64,000 nucleotides of DNA from a virus. Below are positions 10,739-20,983 of the stretch, in pieces. The stretch lies in IMG/VR virus record IMGVR_UViG_3300037424_000906, positions 1 through 64,000 of that record. One strand, 5' to 3'. A program made the translations under genes and the position numbers. The stretch's first letter is position 1. Every line of letters starts with the position of its first letter. The notes under the pieces were generated by a model. The model saw only the letters and a list, made by a program, of their open reading frames with translations. It was not told where the DNA came from and did no database searches.

Positions 10739-11092
10739 ATGAAGCCAAAGAAGCCCGAGGAGATCTTCCAGAAGTCGATCCTCGACCTTTGCGCACTGAG
10801 GCACCTGAAGGTCGCACACTTCCGGCCCGCACTCACAAAAACGGGCCGGTGGATAACCGCGGTCAGTGCCGACGGCAAAGGCTGGCCAGACCTGAGCATT
10901 TGCGGTCCGGGCGGGCTCATCTTCCGCGAGCTCAAGTCCGCCACGGGCGTACTGAAGCCTGAGCAGCGTGACTGGTTGGCGTGGTTGACCGAAGCAGGGC
11001 AGGACGCTGGCGTGTGGAAGCCGAAGGACATGCAGTCCGGGCTGATCCCGGACACGTTGAAGCGGCTCTCTAAGTCGGCGGTGACCCGATGA
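10739..11092 (+). CDS. VRR-NUC domain nuclease
   Basis: GWPDL...FRELKSATGVLKPEQRDWL, a PD-(D/E)xK VRR-NUC pattern. Confidence 0.85.
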   Translation: MKPKKPEEIFQKSILDLCALRHLKVAHFRPALTKTGRWITAVSADGKGWPDLSICGPGGLIFRELKSATGVLKPEQRDWLAWLTEAGQDAGVWKPKDMQSGLIPDTLKRLSKSAVTR

Positions 11093-11769
11093 GTCTGACC
11101 GCTTTCCGCTCCGAGGCTCGCGCATCAACCAAAGCTGGCCACGCCGAGCAGCCGCACCCGACCAACCCTGAGGGCGAGTGCGGTTACTGCGGCGGCCCGG
11201 TCCGGGTGACGTGGGCGCGCACTGCGCACCTCCACGACGCGTGGCGGACAGGGCCCGACGATCTCTACCAGATTCCGGGCAACACCTGTCCTGGGAGTTA
11301 TGACCTGGCGGTACAGACGACCGGTCCTGCCTCGCCGCTGCCCGACGTTGACCTGCTTCGGGTCGAACTTCGTGACGCCCGAAGCAACGAGGACGCACTG
11401 CGGGCTCAGTGCGATCAGGGCCTTGTTTCCCTCAGGGAAAGCGACACCCAGCTAGCGACTGCCGTACGCGAGGCCAACGTCCTACGCAGCCAGCTCGCCG
11501 CCGCCCAGGGCGAGTTGAAGAAAGCCCGCAAGCAACTGCGCAGCGCGGCGCAGGCGGCAGCGCGGCCCGCACCTGTCCGCATGGCACCCGCCGGCGGCTG
11601 GGATGCCGGGGTGGACTGGGCGCAGGCGCAGCTACTGGAGATGTCCACCGCTATGCGCGCTGGCATCGACCGCACCGGCCCCGGACCTCAGATGGTCAAC
11701 GCCCACCGCCTCGACGGCGTTGAGCGGGGCATAGCCAGGCTTCGGGCTTGGCGTGGCGGTGCCCGGTGA
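11089..11769 (+). CDS. Hypothetical protein with CxxC and coiled-coil segment
   Basis: Coupled ORF. Confidence 0.6.
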   Translation: MSLTAFRSEARASTKAGHAEQPHPTNPEGECGYCGGPVRVTWARTAHLHDAWRTGPDDLYQIPGNTCPGSYDLAVQTTGPASPLPDVDLLRVELRDARSNEDALRAQCDQGLVSLRESDTQLATAVREANVLRSQLAAAQGELKKARKQLRSAAQAAARPAPVRMAPAGGWDAGVDWAQAQLLEMSTAMRAGIDRTGPGPQMVNAHRLDGVERGIARLRAWRGGAR

Positions 11770-13046
11770 AGCAGGACCGCCCGTACATCCTCAACCCGTT
11801 GGTGCGTGCCGCTCACGCCCGCAAACTCCTCGGCCTGGACCTCGAAGGCTGGCAGGCGCTCCTGGCGTCTGAACGGCTGCTCGGCTACCGGCGCCCGCAG
11901 GGCGGGATCCGCTACAAGCTCCAGGACATCAACGCCCTGAAGGCGGTGCGCCCATGAACGCCGACCTGCACGGCGATGCCCCGCTGATCGGTGCCCGCGC
12001 GGCCAAGAACCGTCTTGGTGTCACCGACGCCCAGTGGCGGCATCTGCTCGGCACCGGGTATGTGCGGCCGATTCAGACCGTTGACGGGACCCGGTTCCGC
12101 ACCTCGGACATCGACGCGCTGAAAGCGGGCCGATCGTGAGCGCCCGCGTGGTTGGCGGTATCGCTGCCGCCGAGGTGGCCGGGGTCACCGCCGGAACGAT
12201 CCGGACTTGGCAGAAGTCGGGCCTGATCACGGTCACGTACGAGGGCGGCAAACCCACCTACGACAAGGCCGAACTGCGGGCACTGTACCGGGCACCGAAA
12301 GTGCGGGTGCGTCCGTTGGCCGTGCGGAAACGTGCGACCGCCCAACGTCCGGCGGCCGAGCCGTCCCCTGACGACGAGCTGGGTGTGACCGAAGCGGGCC
12401 GGCTGATCGGCATGAAGCCAGACTCCGTGGCGAAGGCCGTCCGTGAGGGACGCCTGGCGTGCCGGGTGGACAAGCAGGGGCGCCGACTGATCTGCCGTGC
12501 CGATGCGGAGGCGTACCGGGTGAAGGTCCAGGCGCGGACGTCGGGCCGGCGTCAGTCGCGGGGCTTCGACCTGACCGATCGGGACGAGCTCTGATGACCC
12601 TCACCGCTTCGGAGCAAGACGAGGTTCTGCGCTTGTACGCCGAGCGTGTCGGGATCGCGGAGATCTCCGCCCTTCTGCGCGTCCCGCTCAAGCATGTGCG
12701 GGCCGTAGTCGCAATCGCACCCAAGCCTGAGCCCCTGCCGAAGGTGGTCCGCACGCCCAAGCCGAAAGCTCCCACCCGGGCGGAACGCCTGGCCGCCGAG
12801 ATCAAGGGCCTGGGCCTGGACCTGATCACCGTGACCGAGGCTGCGCAGATCATCGGCATCCACGCCACGTCAGTCGTTTCCGCCACGAAACGCGGCACCC
12901 TGCCGTGCGTGCGCCTGCCGGGTGTGGGGCGGCTGATCGAACGTACCGACGCCGACGTGTACCGCGCTTCCAGGGTGCCGCAGCCGAAGCAGGCCACCCG
13001 CATTGTGCCGATGCGTTTCGACCCGATCGACACCGAGGAGCTGTAG
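11766..13046 (+). CDS. Four tandem Xis/MerR-like (HTH_17) DNA-binding proteins: 11766-11957, 11954-12139, 12136-12594 (two HTHs), 12594-13046
   Basis: Wing motifs GGIRYKLQDINALK, GTRFRTSDIDALK, GRRLICRADAEAYR, GRLIERTDADVYR; helices VTEAGRLIGM and VTEAAQIIGI. Confidence 0.7.
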
Positions 13047-13048
13047 CC

Positions 13049-13774
13049 ATGCCCGATTCCGAGGAGTACCCGTTGACGCCCGACCATCACCCCGAGAGCG
13101 TCTGTAACTGCTGCGGCGGCCCGAACATCAGCTGGTGCGCCCCATCACCACTGTGGAACGAGGTCATGCGCGGCGGCGACATCAACGGACCCTGGCAGTA
13201 CGACGAAATCATCTGCCCGACGTGCTTCACGATCCTCGCCGAGGCTGCAGGCATCGCCAGCATGTGGCGGCTCCACGCCGAGCGAGTCACCCGACCGCTC
13301 CAGCTGGTCACACCGAGCGGCCGAGCGTGGAATGAGCAGACGTGGCTATGGGAAGAGCCCGCCACCACCACCCCGACCACCCCGTGCCGGTCGCACCTGA
13401 CCGGTCAGCCGTGGGGCGAGTCCTGGTGTGTCCTGGCTGCCGGGCACGGCGGGGCCCACGCGGAGAGTTGGCTTCGCTGGACCGACGAGCAGGCGTGCGC
13501 TGACGAAGGGCACCACGGCGTGGCCACGGCGGAGACGCCCGCGCTGGACGAGGACGAGGTGGCCACGTGCAAGGCGTGTGACCAGCCGTGGAACAAGCGC
13601 CACCAGTGCACGCCGACCGCCTCCCCGGCTGTCGACGACCAGGACGACGAGCGGTGCCGGTGGGGCTGCGGACGCGTAGCTACCGGACCGAGCACGTACA
13701 TCGCCGACGGCCTGTGCACCGCATGCGCTGTCGACGACGCGCAGGACGACGAAGCGGCGGCAAACCGTGGCTAA
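13049..13774 (+). CDS. Cys/His-rich hypothetical protein
   Basis: Several CxxC pairs. Confidence 0.6.
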   Translation: MPDSEEYPLTPDHHPESVCNCCGGPNISWCAPSPLWNEVMRGGDINGPWQYDEIICPTCFTILAEAAGIASMWRLHAERVTRPLQLVTPSGRAWNEQTWLWEEPATTTPTTPCRSHLTGQPWGESWCVLAAGHGGAHAESWLRWTDEQACADEGHHGVATAETPALDEDEVATCKACDQPWNKRHQCTPTASPAVDDQDDERCRWGCGRVATGPSTYIADGLCTACAVDDAQDDEAAANRG

Positions 13775-14278
13775 CCGCAAGCCCACCAATGCCCAGCTCA
13801 ACCTGCTGCGCTCGATCGATGACGGCAACGTCGTCGGTGAGGTCGGCCGGGATGAGATCTGGGAGGTCGGCTACATCGTCACCCGGCGCGTGCGAGCAAT
13901 GCAGCGCAACGGCTGGTGCGAGCCGATCGTCAGGGGCGAATTCGAGGACTGGGTACTGACCGACGCGGGCCGGAGCCTGGTCGCTGGCGTCGAGACGGCG
14001 AGGCCGTGATGGGCGCGCACTCACCGACAGCCGACCAGCTCGGGCTGCTACGCGCCATCGGCAACGGCGAGATCCAGCTCAGCGCCCTCCACAAGCCGAG
14101 CGGGTCATGGCACGGCGACACGAACGTCACCGGTCCCGTCAACGCGCTAAGCCGGGCGGGCTGGGTTGAGCCCGGCGAGCCCGTTCCCGTGGTTGGGCGC
14201 TGGTGGCGACGGTGGCAGCTCACCACCACTGGCCGAACCGTGCTCGACGCAAACCCCTCCACTCCCACCCAGCCCTGA
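13767..14278 (+). CDS. Two tandem paralogous small winged-helix-like proteins (13767-14009, 14009-14278)
   Basis: Both share PTxxQLxLLRxIxxG ... GWxEP ... WxLTxxGR. Confidence 0.6.
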
Positions 14279-14298
14279 CCACCACGAGGAGCACCGAC

Positions 14299-14622
14299 AT
14301 GACCAACGCCACCGTCTACATCAGCATCGGCAACAGCGACGACAAACTCACCCAGGCCGAATGGGCTGAGTTCACCGCCGACGTCGACAGGGAGATCAGC
14401 GCATCCTGCCGGTACGTCGGGTCCACGGTCCATGGGCGCTGGTACTCGCTGCCAAATGAGCCGTGGCAGAACGCCTGCTGGTGCATCGAGTTCGCCGACG
14501 ACCTGGTGAGATTCCTGGTCGACCTGCGCAACAGCCTCGCCGTCATCTGCGCTCGGCACCGCCAGGACGCGATCACCTGGATGGCCGGTTCGGTCGAGTT
14601 CATCGGCCCCGACCGTGGCTAG
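14299..14622 (+). CDS. Hypothetical phage protein
   Basis: RBS GAGGAG; coherent ORF. Confidence 0.6.
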   Translation: MTNATVYISIGNSDDKLTQAEWAEFTADVDREISASCRYVGSTVHGRWYSLPNEPWQNACWCIEFADDLVRFLVDLRNSLAVICARHRQDAITWMAGSVEFIGPDRG

Positions 14623-14844
14623 GCGCAGGTGCCAGCACTGCAACCGCCAGCTGGGCCGCTTCGCGAAGTGGCTCTACATCTGGAGCTGCGGTGACTGCGC
14701 CTACCGCATGTCGCACGGCGGGTCGCCGCGTCGCTGGCTCGACGAGAGCTGACCCCATCCACCCCCGTCCCTGGCGCATGGCCTGCGTCGGGGCGCGGGA
14801 GGAAGCGGCACCACCAACCATCAGCGCGCAGGAAGGAGAACCCG

Positions 14845-15930
14845 GTGGCCACCACCAACCAGGTCGATGACACCAAGTGGACGCGCCCGCTCATCAAAGC
14901 CCTCCACCAACACGTAGACGCCTGCGCCGAAACCCTCACCGACCTGCCCGAGGAACGCCGCACCCCAGTCGCAGCCGCCTGGGTCCACATGTCCGCGTGC
15001 GTCGCCTGGGCTGAAGCGCACTACCTCATCGACCCGTGGCTGTCCGCGACCGCATACCTGCAGATGCGCCGGCACATCGACGCCCGACCCGACGGCATGC
15101 GGCAGTGGCTCACCCAGGCCGTGGCAGCTCTGGCCGTGCACCCGTCGACCGCCTGCCTCATGGACCCGAGGTGGACGCCGTGCGCCGAAGGCACCCCGTC
15201 CGAGGAGGCATGCCGGGCTCTCGTCGAGTACTGGATCACCGACGCGCCTCGGCTCGCCTACGGCGTCTCCGACGGCCCGGCCAGCATCAGCGGCTGGATC
15301 ATCGGCGACCTGCTCCAGGACCTCAGCGCCGACCGACGCAAAGCGCACGCCCTCGTTCAGACCCCTTGGTGGGTAGCGGATTTCATCCTCGATCGCACCT
15401 TGATCCCGGCGGCCAACGATTTCCCGGACACGACGCTGATGACGATCGACCCGACGTGCGGCACCGGGCACTTCCTGGTCCGCACCATCGACTACCTGTG
15501 GGAGTTGTACACCACCGGCGCGTTGGCCGGACGCCAGTCCAAAGAGCCGAAAGCCGTCGGCTGGCAGCCCGTCAGCCCGGCCGCCGCCATCGAACGGATA
15601 GTTGCCGGTGTCACCGGTGTTGAACTCGACCCGCTCACCACCGCGGTCGCCCGGCTGCGCACCGTCGTTGCCGTCGGCGACCTCATGCACCGCGCCGGGC
15701 TCATCCCCGGACCACACCTGCGCCTGGACGCCATCCCGCACATCATCCGCCCGCGCATTGCCGTCGGCGACTCGCTGCTCGGCGGGCGGGTGTCGTGGCA
15801 GGAGTACGCCCAGATCCACCCGCAGCACGCCGCCATCTACGGAAACCCGGAGCTGACGGAGACCCCGGCAATCCCTGAGCAGCCCGTGGGTCAGCTCGGC
15901 CTGTTCGTGTCGGAGGCCAGTCATGCCTGA
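14845..15930 (+). CDS. Truncated PglX (BREX-2)/Eco57I-like adenine methyltransferase domain lacking NPPY and target-recognition domain
   Basis: GDLLQDLS..RRKAHALVQTPWWVADFILDRTL; motif I DPTCGTGHFL; GVELDP; GDSLL. The motif IV position reads GNPE and the ORF ends soon after. Confidence 0.75.
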   Translation: MATTNQVDDTKWTRPLIKALHQHVDACAETLTDLPEERRTPVAAAWVHMSACVAWAEAHYLIDPWLSATAYLQMRRHIDARPDGMRQWLTQAVAALAVHPSTACLMDPRWTPCAEGTPSEEACRALVEYWITDAPRLAYGVSDGPASISGWIIGDLLQDLSADRRKAHALVQTPWWVADFILDRTLIPAANDFPDTTLMTIDPTCGTGHFLVRTIDYLWELYTTGALAGRQSKEPKAVGWQPVSPAAAIERIVAGVTGVELDPLTTAVARLRTVVAVGDLMHRAGLIPGPHLRLDAIPHIIRPRIAVGDSLLGGRVSWQEYAQIHPQHAAIYGNPELTETPAIPEQPVGQLGLFVSEASHA

Positions 15931-16723
15931 CACTCAGACCGCTCAGTGCACCCGCCGTAGCTGCCCCAAACCCGCCCACACCCGTGGCATGTGCGAATCC
16001 GACTACCGGCGCACCATCCGTATGGGCATCAACGGCTACCGCAACGCCACCAAAGCCCGCCAGCACGTTGCAGCGCTCCGCGAACTCGGCTGGGCGTACG
16101 AGCAGATCGCAGACGAAGCCGGACTGTCCACCTGGGTGCCGCACAACCTGCACCTCGGCCGCACCGCCAGACTGCTCCCCGAATCCGAGCGGGCAATCCT
16201 CGCCCTGCCGCTGAAGCCACACGCATCCCAGCGCGGCGTTGACTCCGCCGGCACCCGCCGGCGCGTCCAGGCGCTCGCATGGATGGGCTGGCCAGCCTCC
16301 GAGGTGGCCTGCCGGGCCGGAACGACCGCGTCCAGCCTGCAAACCCTCATCCTCCCGAGGCGCCAGATCTCGTACGCCCTCGCCCAGCGTGTAGCCGCCG
16401 TCTACGACGACCTCGCCGGCACCGAGGGCCCGTCGCGGATGGCTGCGCTCAAGGCACGCCAACTCCGCCACGCCCCACCGGCGGCTTGGGACGACGACAC
16501 CATCGACGACCCGAACTCCCGGCCGCAAGGCATCCGCCGCCCAACCCGGGAGCAGCAACGCGCCGCCCGAGCCGGGCTCCCCACCACTAAGGAGCACACC
16601 CAATGGCCCGCCTCATCCACGTCCCAGACCAGCACCGCTGCCACGACGAACTCGCGGAGCTCGGCGACCAACCTGTCGGCACCATCGCCGAATGCTCCTG
16701 CGGTACCCGCTACCGGCGCGTAG
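15923..16723 (+). CDS. Phage DNA-binding protein with HTH segments
   Basis: LGWAYEQIADEAGLS, RRVQALAWMGW, PPAAWDDDTIDDP; its 3' end overlaps a small RBS-led ORF at 16603-16782. Confidence 0.6.
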   Translation: MPDTQTAQCTRRSCPKPAHTRGMCESDYRRTIRMGINGYRNATKARQHVAALRELGWAYEQIADEAGLSTWVPHNLHLGRTARLLPESERAILALPLKPHASQRGVDSAGTRRRVQALAWMGWPASEVACRAGTTASSLQTLILPRRQISYALAQRVAAVYDDLAGTEGPSRMAALKARQLRHAPPAAWDDDTIDDPNSRPQGIRRPTREQQRAARAGLPTTKEHTQWPASSTSQTSTAATTNSRSSATNLSAPSPNAPAVPATGA

Positions 16724-16783
16724 ACGACCAGCGCGAAGGCCCGTACTGGGCCAAGCGGCCCACCACCACCCAGGAGAACTGAC

Positions 16784-17443
16784 GTGACCACCGAATACCC
16801 GAAGATCTACGGTCCGTTCAAGCGCCACACCGAAGGCCCCAACCGCAACCAGCTCATCTGGGGCGACTGGACCATGCCCGAGTTCGGGGCACTCGCCCAC
16901 ATCAACTGGACGTGGGCCGAGAAGATCGACGGCACCTCGATCCGCGTTTTCTGGAACGGGCACAAGGTCACCTACGGCGGCCGGACCGAAGCCGCACAGA
17001 TCCCCACCACGCTCCTGACCGCGCTGGACGTCATGTTCCCCGAGGAGTTGCTGGAGCAGACGTTCGGCGAGCAGGAAGTCGTCCTCTACGGCGAAGGCTA
17101 CGGGCCGAAGATCCAGAAAGCTGGCGGCCTGTACCGCGCAGACCAGTCCTTCGCCCTGTTCGACGTCCGCATCGATCAGTGGTGGCTGGAATGCGACAAC
17201 GTCCACGGCATCGCCAAGTCGCTGGGCATCACTGCCGCCCCGCGTGACATCAGCGTCGGCACCGTCCAGGAAGCCCTCACCGCGGTCGCCGCCGGCCTCA
17301 AGTCCCAGTTCGGCGACTTCTGGGCCGAAGGCCTCGTCGGCACCGCCCCGTGCGGGCTCCTCACCCGGGGCGGCAAACGCATCCAGATGAAGGTCAAGCA
17401 CGCCGACCTGTTCGGGAAACTGCCCGCCGACTACACGGTCTGA
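16784..17443 (+). CDS. RNA ligase (Rnl2-like nucleotidyltransferase)
   Basis: EKIDGT, LYGEGYG, FALFDV, EGLV, MKVK motifs. Confidence 0.85.
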   Translation: MTTEYPKIYGPFKRHTEGPNRNQLIWGDWTMPEFGALAHINWTWAEKIDGTSIRVFWNGHKVTYGGRTEAAQIPTTLLTALDVMFPEELLEQTFGEQEVVLYGEGYGPKIQKAGGLYRADQSFALFDVRIDQWWLECDNVHGIAKSLGITAAPRDISVGTVQEALTAVAAGLKSQFGDFWAEGLVGTAPCGLLTRGGKRIQMKVKHADLFGKLPADYTV

Positions 17444-17526
17444 CTCACCAGCCCGGCCCGGCGTGGGGGAAGAAACCACACCGGGCCGTCACCACCCAAC
17501 ACCAGCACCACACATAAAGGAGTGCC

Positions 17527-18376
17527 CATGGAGGGACGACAACTGATGCAGATGCGCATCGAAACCATCCGAGTAGACGGCCGGTACCGCAAAGACATGG
17601 GCAACATCAGCGCCCTCGCCGGATCCATCGCCGGACCAGCCGGGCTCATCAACCCCATCACCGTCACTACAGACGGGCGCCTCGTTGCCGGAGAACGACG
17701 CCTAGCAGCATGCCGGCTGCTGGGCTGGGAAACGGTGCCAGCCATCGTCGTTGACGGGCTCGACGACGCCGTTGCGCACCTGATCGCTGAGCGGGACGAG
17801 AACACCGAACGCAAAGAGATGACCATTTCCGAGCTGGTGGCGTTGGGCCGGGCACTGGAGGAGTTGGAAAAGCCGCGTGCGGCGGATCGGATGCTGTCCG
17901 GGCGTAAGCAGGAACCCTCTGATCACGTGAACATAGGGTCCGAGGGAAGCGTCCGGGACATCGTCGGGGCCGCGATCGGGCTGCCGAGCACCAGCTACCA
18001 GAAGGCGCGCAAGGTCGTCGAGGCCGCAGCAGACCTGGACGCCACCCCGGCCGAGCGCAGTGCTGCCCGCGCGGCCCTGGCCGAGATGGACGCCACCGGT
18101 CACATCACCCCCGCCTACGAGAAGGTCCGCGGCCTACGCGCGTCTTCCCTGAAAGCACCCGTCAAGGCGGGTATCGCCGGTGCTGCACCTCAGCGCAAGG
18201 CCGTCACGGCCGCGCTGGCGAACCTGTCCGGGATCAGCTACGGCCTGTCGCAGATCACCGAGTTGCACCCCGGCATCACAAGCGAAGAGGCCGCCCAGTG
18301 GGTGGACGGCCTCTCCGAAGCGCGTCGAGTCCTCGAAACGCTCATCAAACGCTGCAAGGAGCGTACCAATGCGTAA
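17527..18376 (+). CDS. ParB/Srx N-terminal domain protein
   Basis: GLINPITV, LVAGERRLAAC, ERDENTERK; start uncertain. Confidence 0.8.
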
Positions 18377-19142
18377 CCCCAAGGTAGAGAACGTTGCGGT
18401 GTCAACGCTCATCATCGACCCGCGCGTGCAGCGACCGTTGGACAAGCGCCGGGTCAGCAAAATCGCCGCCGAGCTGAACATGGACGCCCTCGGTGTCATC
18501 ACCGTCTCCCGCCGGGACAACGGCGATAACGCGGTTATCGACGGCCAGCACCGCGTCGAAGCCCTCCGCGAAGCAGGACACGGCGGCGGCACCGCGGCCT
18601 GCCGTGTCTTCGCCGACCTGACCCTGCCCGAGGAAGCGGACATGTTCCGGCTCCTCAACAACACCGCCAAACCCGGCTACCTCGACCTGTTCCGGGTGCG
18701 GGTCATCCAGGGCGACGAGGACGCCGTGATGATCACCCTGATGTTGGAGCAGTACGGGTGGAAAGTCGCCCAGGCCGGCGACGCCGGATGCCTGTCCGCG
18801 ATCCAGGCCTTCGAGCGCGTCTACCGGGCCAGCCCGGCCGCAGCGGAGAAAACCATCGCCACCATCACCCGCGCGTGGGGCCACGACCGCAACGGTGTCG
18901 ACGGCCGCCTCCTCGACGGCCTGGGCCTGGTCTACGCGCGCTACGGGGAAGCGATCAACGTCTCCGAACTCACCGACCGGCTCAGCAAATACGCCGGCGG
19001 ACCCGGCGCCCTCCTGGGCAAGTCACGGGGTCTGTCGGACCTGATCGGCGTCACCGTCGGCAAAGCCGTCGCCGAGGTCGTCGTCGAGCTTTACAACAGG
19101 CTCCGCAAAACCAAGGGCCTGCCTGCCTGGCGTGCCAGCTGA
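18369..19142 (+). CDS. ParB/Srx-like DGQHR protein (DUF6551-like)
   Basis: DPRVQR..LGVITVS..VIDGQHRVEAL..F..LN. Confidence 0.7.
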   Translation: MRNPKVENVAVSTLIIDPRVQRPLDKRRVSKIAAELNMDALGVITVSRRDNGDNAVIDGQHRVEALREAGHGGGTAACRVFADLTLPEEADMFRLLNNTAKPGYLDLFRVRVIQGDEDAVMITLMLEQYGWKVAQAGDAGCLSAIQAFERVYRASPAAAEKTIATITRAWGHDRNGVDGRLLDGLGLVYARYGEAINVSELTDRLSKYAGGPGALLGKSRGLSDLIGVTVGKAVAEVVVELYNRLRKTKGLPAWRAS

Positions 19143-19215
19143 CAGCTGATCAACACCTGGCGCGGTCAGCGGGGAGGCCGCGCCAGGAACCACAGGGGGA
19201 GGGGGAGTGGGGATG

Positions 19216-19530
19216 TCAGGAAGAAGCGGAGTCGGGAGCGGGGTCCGGGTCAGCTACGCGGCGGGCTGGGGGTGTGCGGTCGATGGCCGAGCCCACGCCG
19301 TGATCGCGGGCGATACGGCGGACGTGCTCAGGGGTGTAGCCCGCATGACGCCCCACCAGGGCGAGCTTGACGCCCCGCCCCACCTCGATGGCGATCAGCG
19401 GTGCCAGTTCCTCGCGTCGCCGCTTGAGCAGCTCGCCGGCCTCTACGTAGGCGCGTGCGGCTGCAAGGAACTCCTCGGACGGTTCGGTGGCCACAGCCAC
19501 AGTGTCGCAGATCAGCGTGTCGCAATCCAT
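19216..19530 (-). CDS. Small HTH regulator, divergent, probably leaderless
   Basis: VGRHAGYTPEHVRRIAR HTH; minus-strand TATAGT 7 nt before the ATG. Confidence 0.65.
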   Translation of the reverse strand: MDCDTLICDTVAVATEPSEEFLAAARAYVEAGELLKRRREELAPLIAIEVGRGVKLALVGRHAGYTPEHVRRIARDHGVGSAIDRTPPARRVADPDPAPDSASS

Positions 19531-19595
19531 GGTGCCAACTATATGGCACGAGGGGTCGCAATGTCACTTCGCAACATGATGTGCCATAATGATGG
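19500..19595. promoter_or_regulatory. Divergent promoter/operator region
   Basis: Palindrome GTGCCA-N6-TGGCAC (19532-19549), four TCGCA repeats, -10-like TATAGT (minus) and CATAAT (plus). Confidence 0.5.
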
Positions 19596-19630
19596 AGACG
19601 GCACACCAGCCGGTCGAAGGGAGGAGCGCT

Positions 19631-20167
19631 GTGCAGGTCAGCCTGTGGCACCCGAAGAACTGCCAGCACGCGTTCTACGGAATGACGTGCCAGCAGTACG
19701 AGCACCTACGCAAACGCGCCAACGACCTCTGCGAACTCTGTGGTACCTCCTGGCACCCACTCGCCATCGACCACGACCACAGACGCAACAGACTCCCCGA
19801 AGGCATCTGGGAGTACGCCCGTGGCCACTGTGTCGTTCGCGGTCTGCTCTGCCCGAAGTGCAACACGCACATGGGCTACGTCGACCGGGATCAGAAGCCT
19901 CACGACGAGCGCACCCGGCACTACGTCGCCAACGCATGGCACCTGCAAAACCTGGCGCCCGAGGTGTTCCCGACCCCCGACCCGGAACCGCCGCTGGGAG
20001 CGGTGGTCCTGGCCGAGAAGAAGGACCTATGGCGTCGCCGCGAGACCGGCTGGCACCCGGCAGACCTGAAGAAGGGCTCCTGCCACGCCCGATGGGCGAA
20101 GACGTGGCTCTACCTCAGCCACCAGTACGGCTCGAAGAACCTGCGCGTGATCCGCATCGCCCGCTGA
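19631..20167 (+). CDS. Recombination endonuclease VII domain protein
   Basis: YGMT..QY, CELCG, IDHDH, VRGLLCPKCN; RBS GGAGG before the GTG at 19631. Confidence 0.85.
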   Translation: MQVSLWHPKNCQHAFYGMTCQQYEHLRKRANDLCELCGTSWHPLAIDHDHRRNRLPEGIWEYARGHCVVRGLLCPKCNTHMGYVDRDQKPHDERTRHYVANAWHLQNLAPEVFPTPDPEPPLGAVVLAEKKDLWRRRETGWHPADLKKGSCHARWAKTWLYLSHQYGSKNLRVIRIAR

Positions 20168-20195
20168 CCCCACAACCAGACCCCAAGGAGCGCCC

Positions 20196-20890
20196 GTGCC
20201 CGAGACCACCAAGGCCAGCGACCTGAGCTGTCAGGGCCTCGCAGCCGTCGACCCCGACCGCCTGACCCACGGCAACCTGCCCGTGCAGGGCTACGCCGAG
20301 GAGATGGCCAAGCGCGGCGAGGGCCACGTCTACGGCTGCGAGCTGATCGGGCACGGGCTGCCGCCGGTCGAGCCCGACATCTGCTGCGACCTCGCCAAGG
20401 ACGACCCCACCACTGACGACGACGGCATCGTCGTCGTGTTCTGCCAGCACCGCCTCACCGGCGAGTACGAGCGCTACGAGGAGGACGACGACGCCGAGCA
20501 GTTCGACCCCGCCAAGCCGCTGATCTACGTCAGCCGTGTCAAGCGGGACCCGGCGGACCAGTACTGCACCCTGCCGCACCACGGCTGCCCGGACGACGAC
20601 TGCCCCCAGACGCGGCTCTGCCAGACCCACTACGCGGACCTCTGAACCCACCCCGGCCCACCACCGACCACCTGAGGAGAACCGACATGAGCAGCGTCTA
20701 CGACGAGATGGCCCGAGCTTTCACGATCTTCGCCAGCTACCCGGACGAGCGTCCCGGCATCAGCGCCGAGCATGACGAGATCTGGGCTGGGCCCAACCCG
20801 GCCGTCATGACGGCCGAGGACCTCGCGGAGCTGGAGCAGCTGCGCTGGATGCCCGACCACGCGCACGAGACCTTCCACCGCTTCACCTGA
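20196..20890 (+). other. Two hypothetical genes (20196-20645, 20687-20890)
   Basis: RBS-preceded ORFs. Confidence 0.6.
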
Positions 20891-20983
20891 CCCATCCCCG
20901 GTCCGGCATGCCACCCCGTGTGCCGGACCGGAGCACCACCACAACCAACCAGCACCACACATACAGATCAAGGGGGAGCGCCG

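Noticed and set aside
9480-10742. 420-aa plus-strand ORF over tnpB
   Set aside because: Antisense shadow of a clear tnpB in high-GC DNA.
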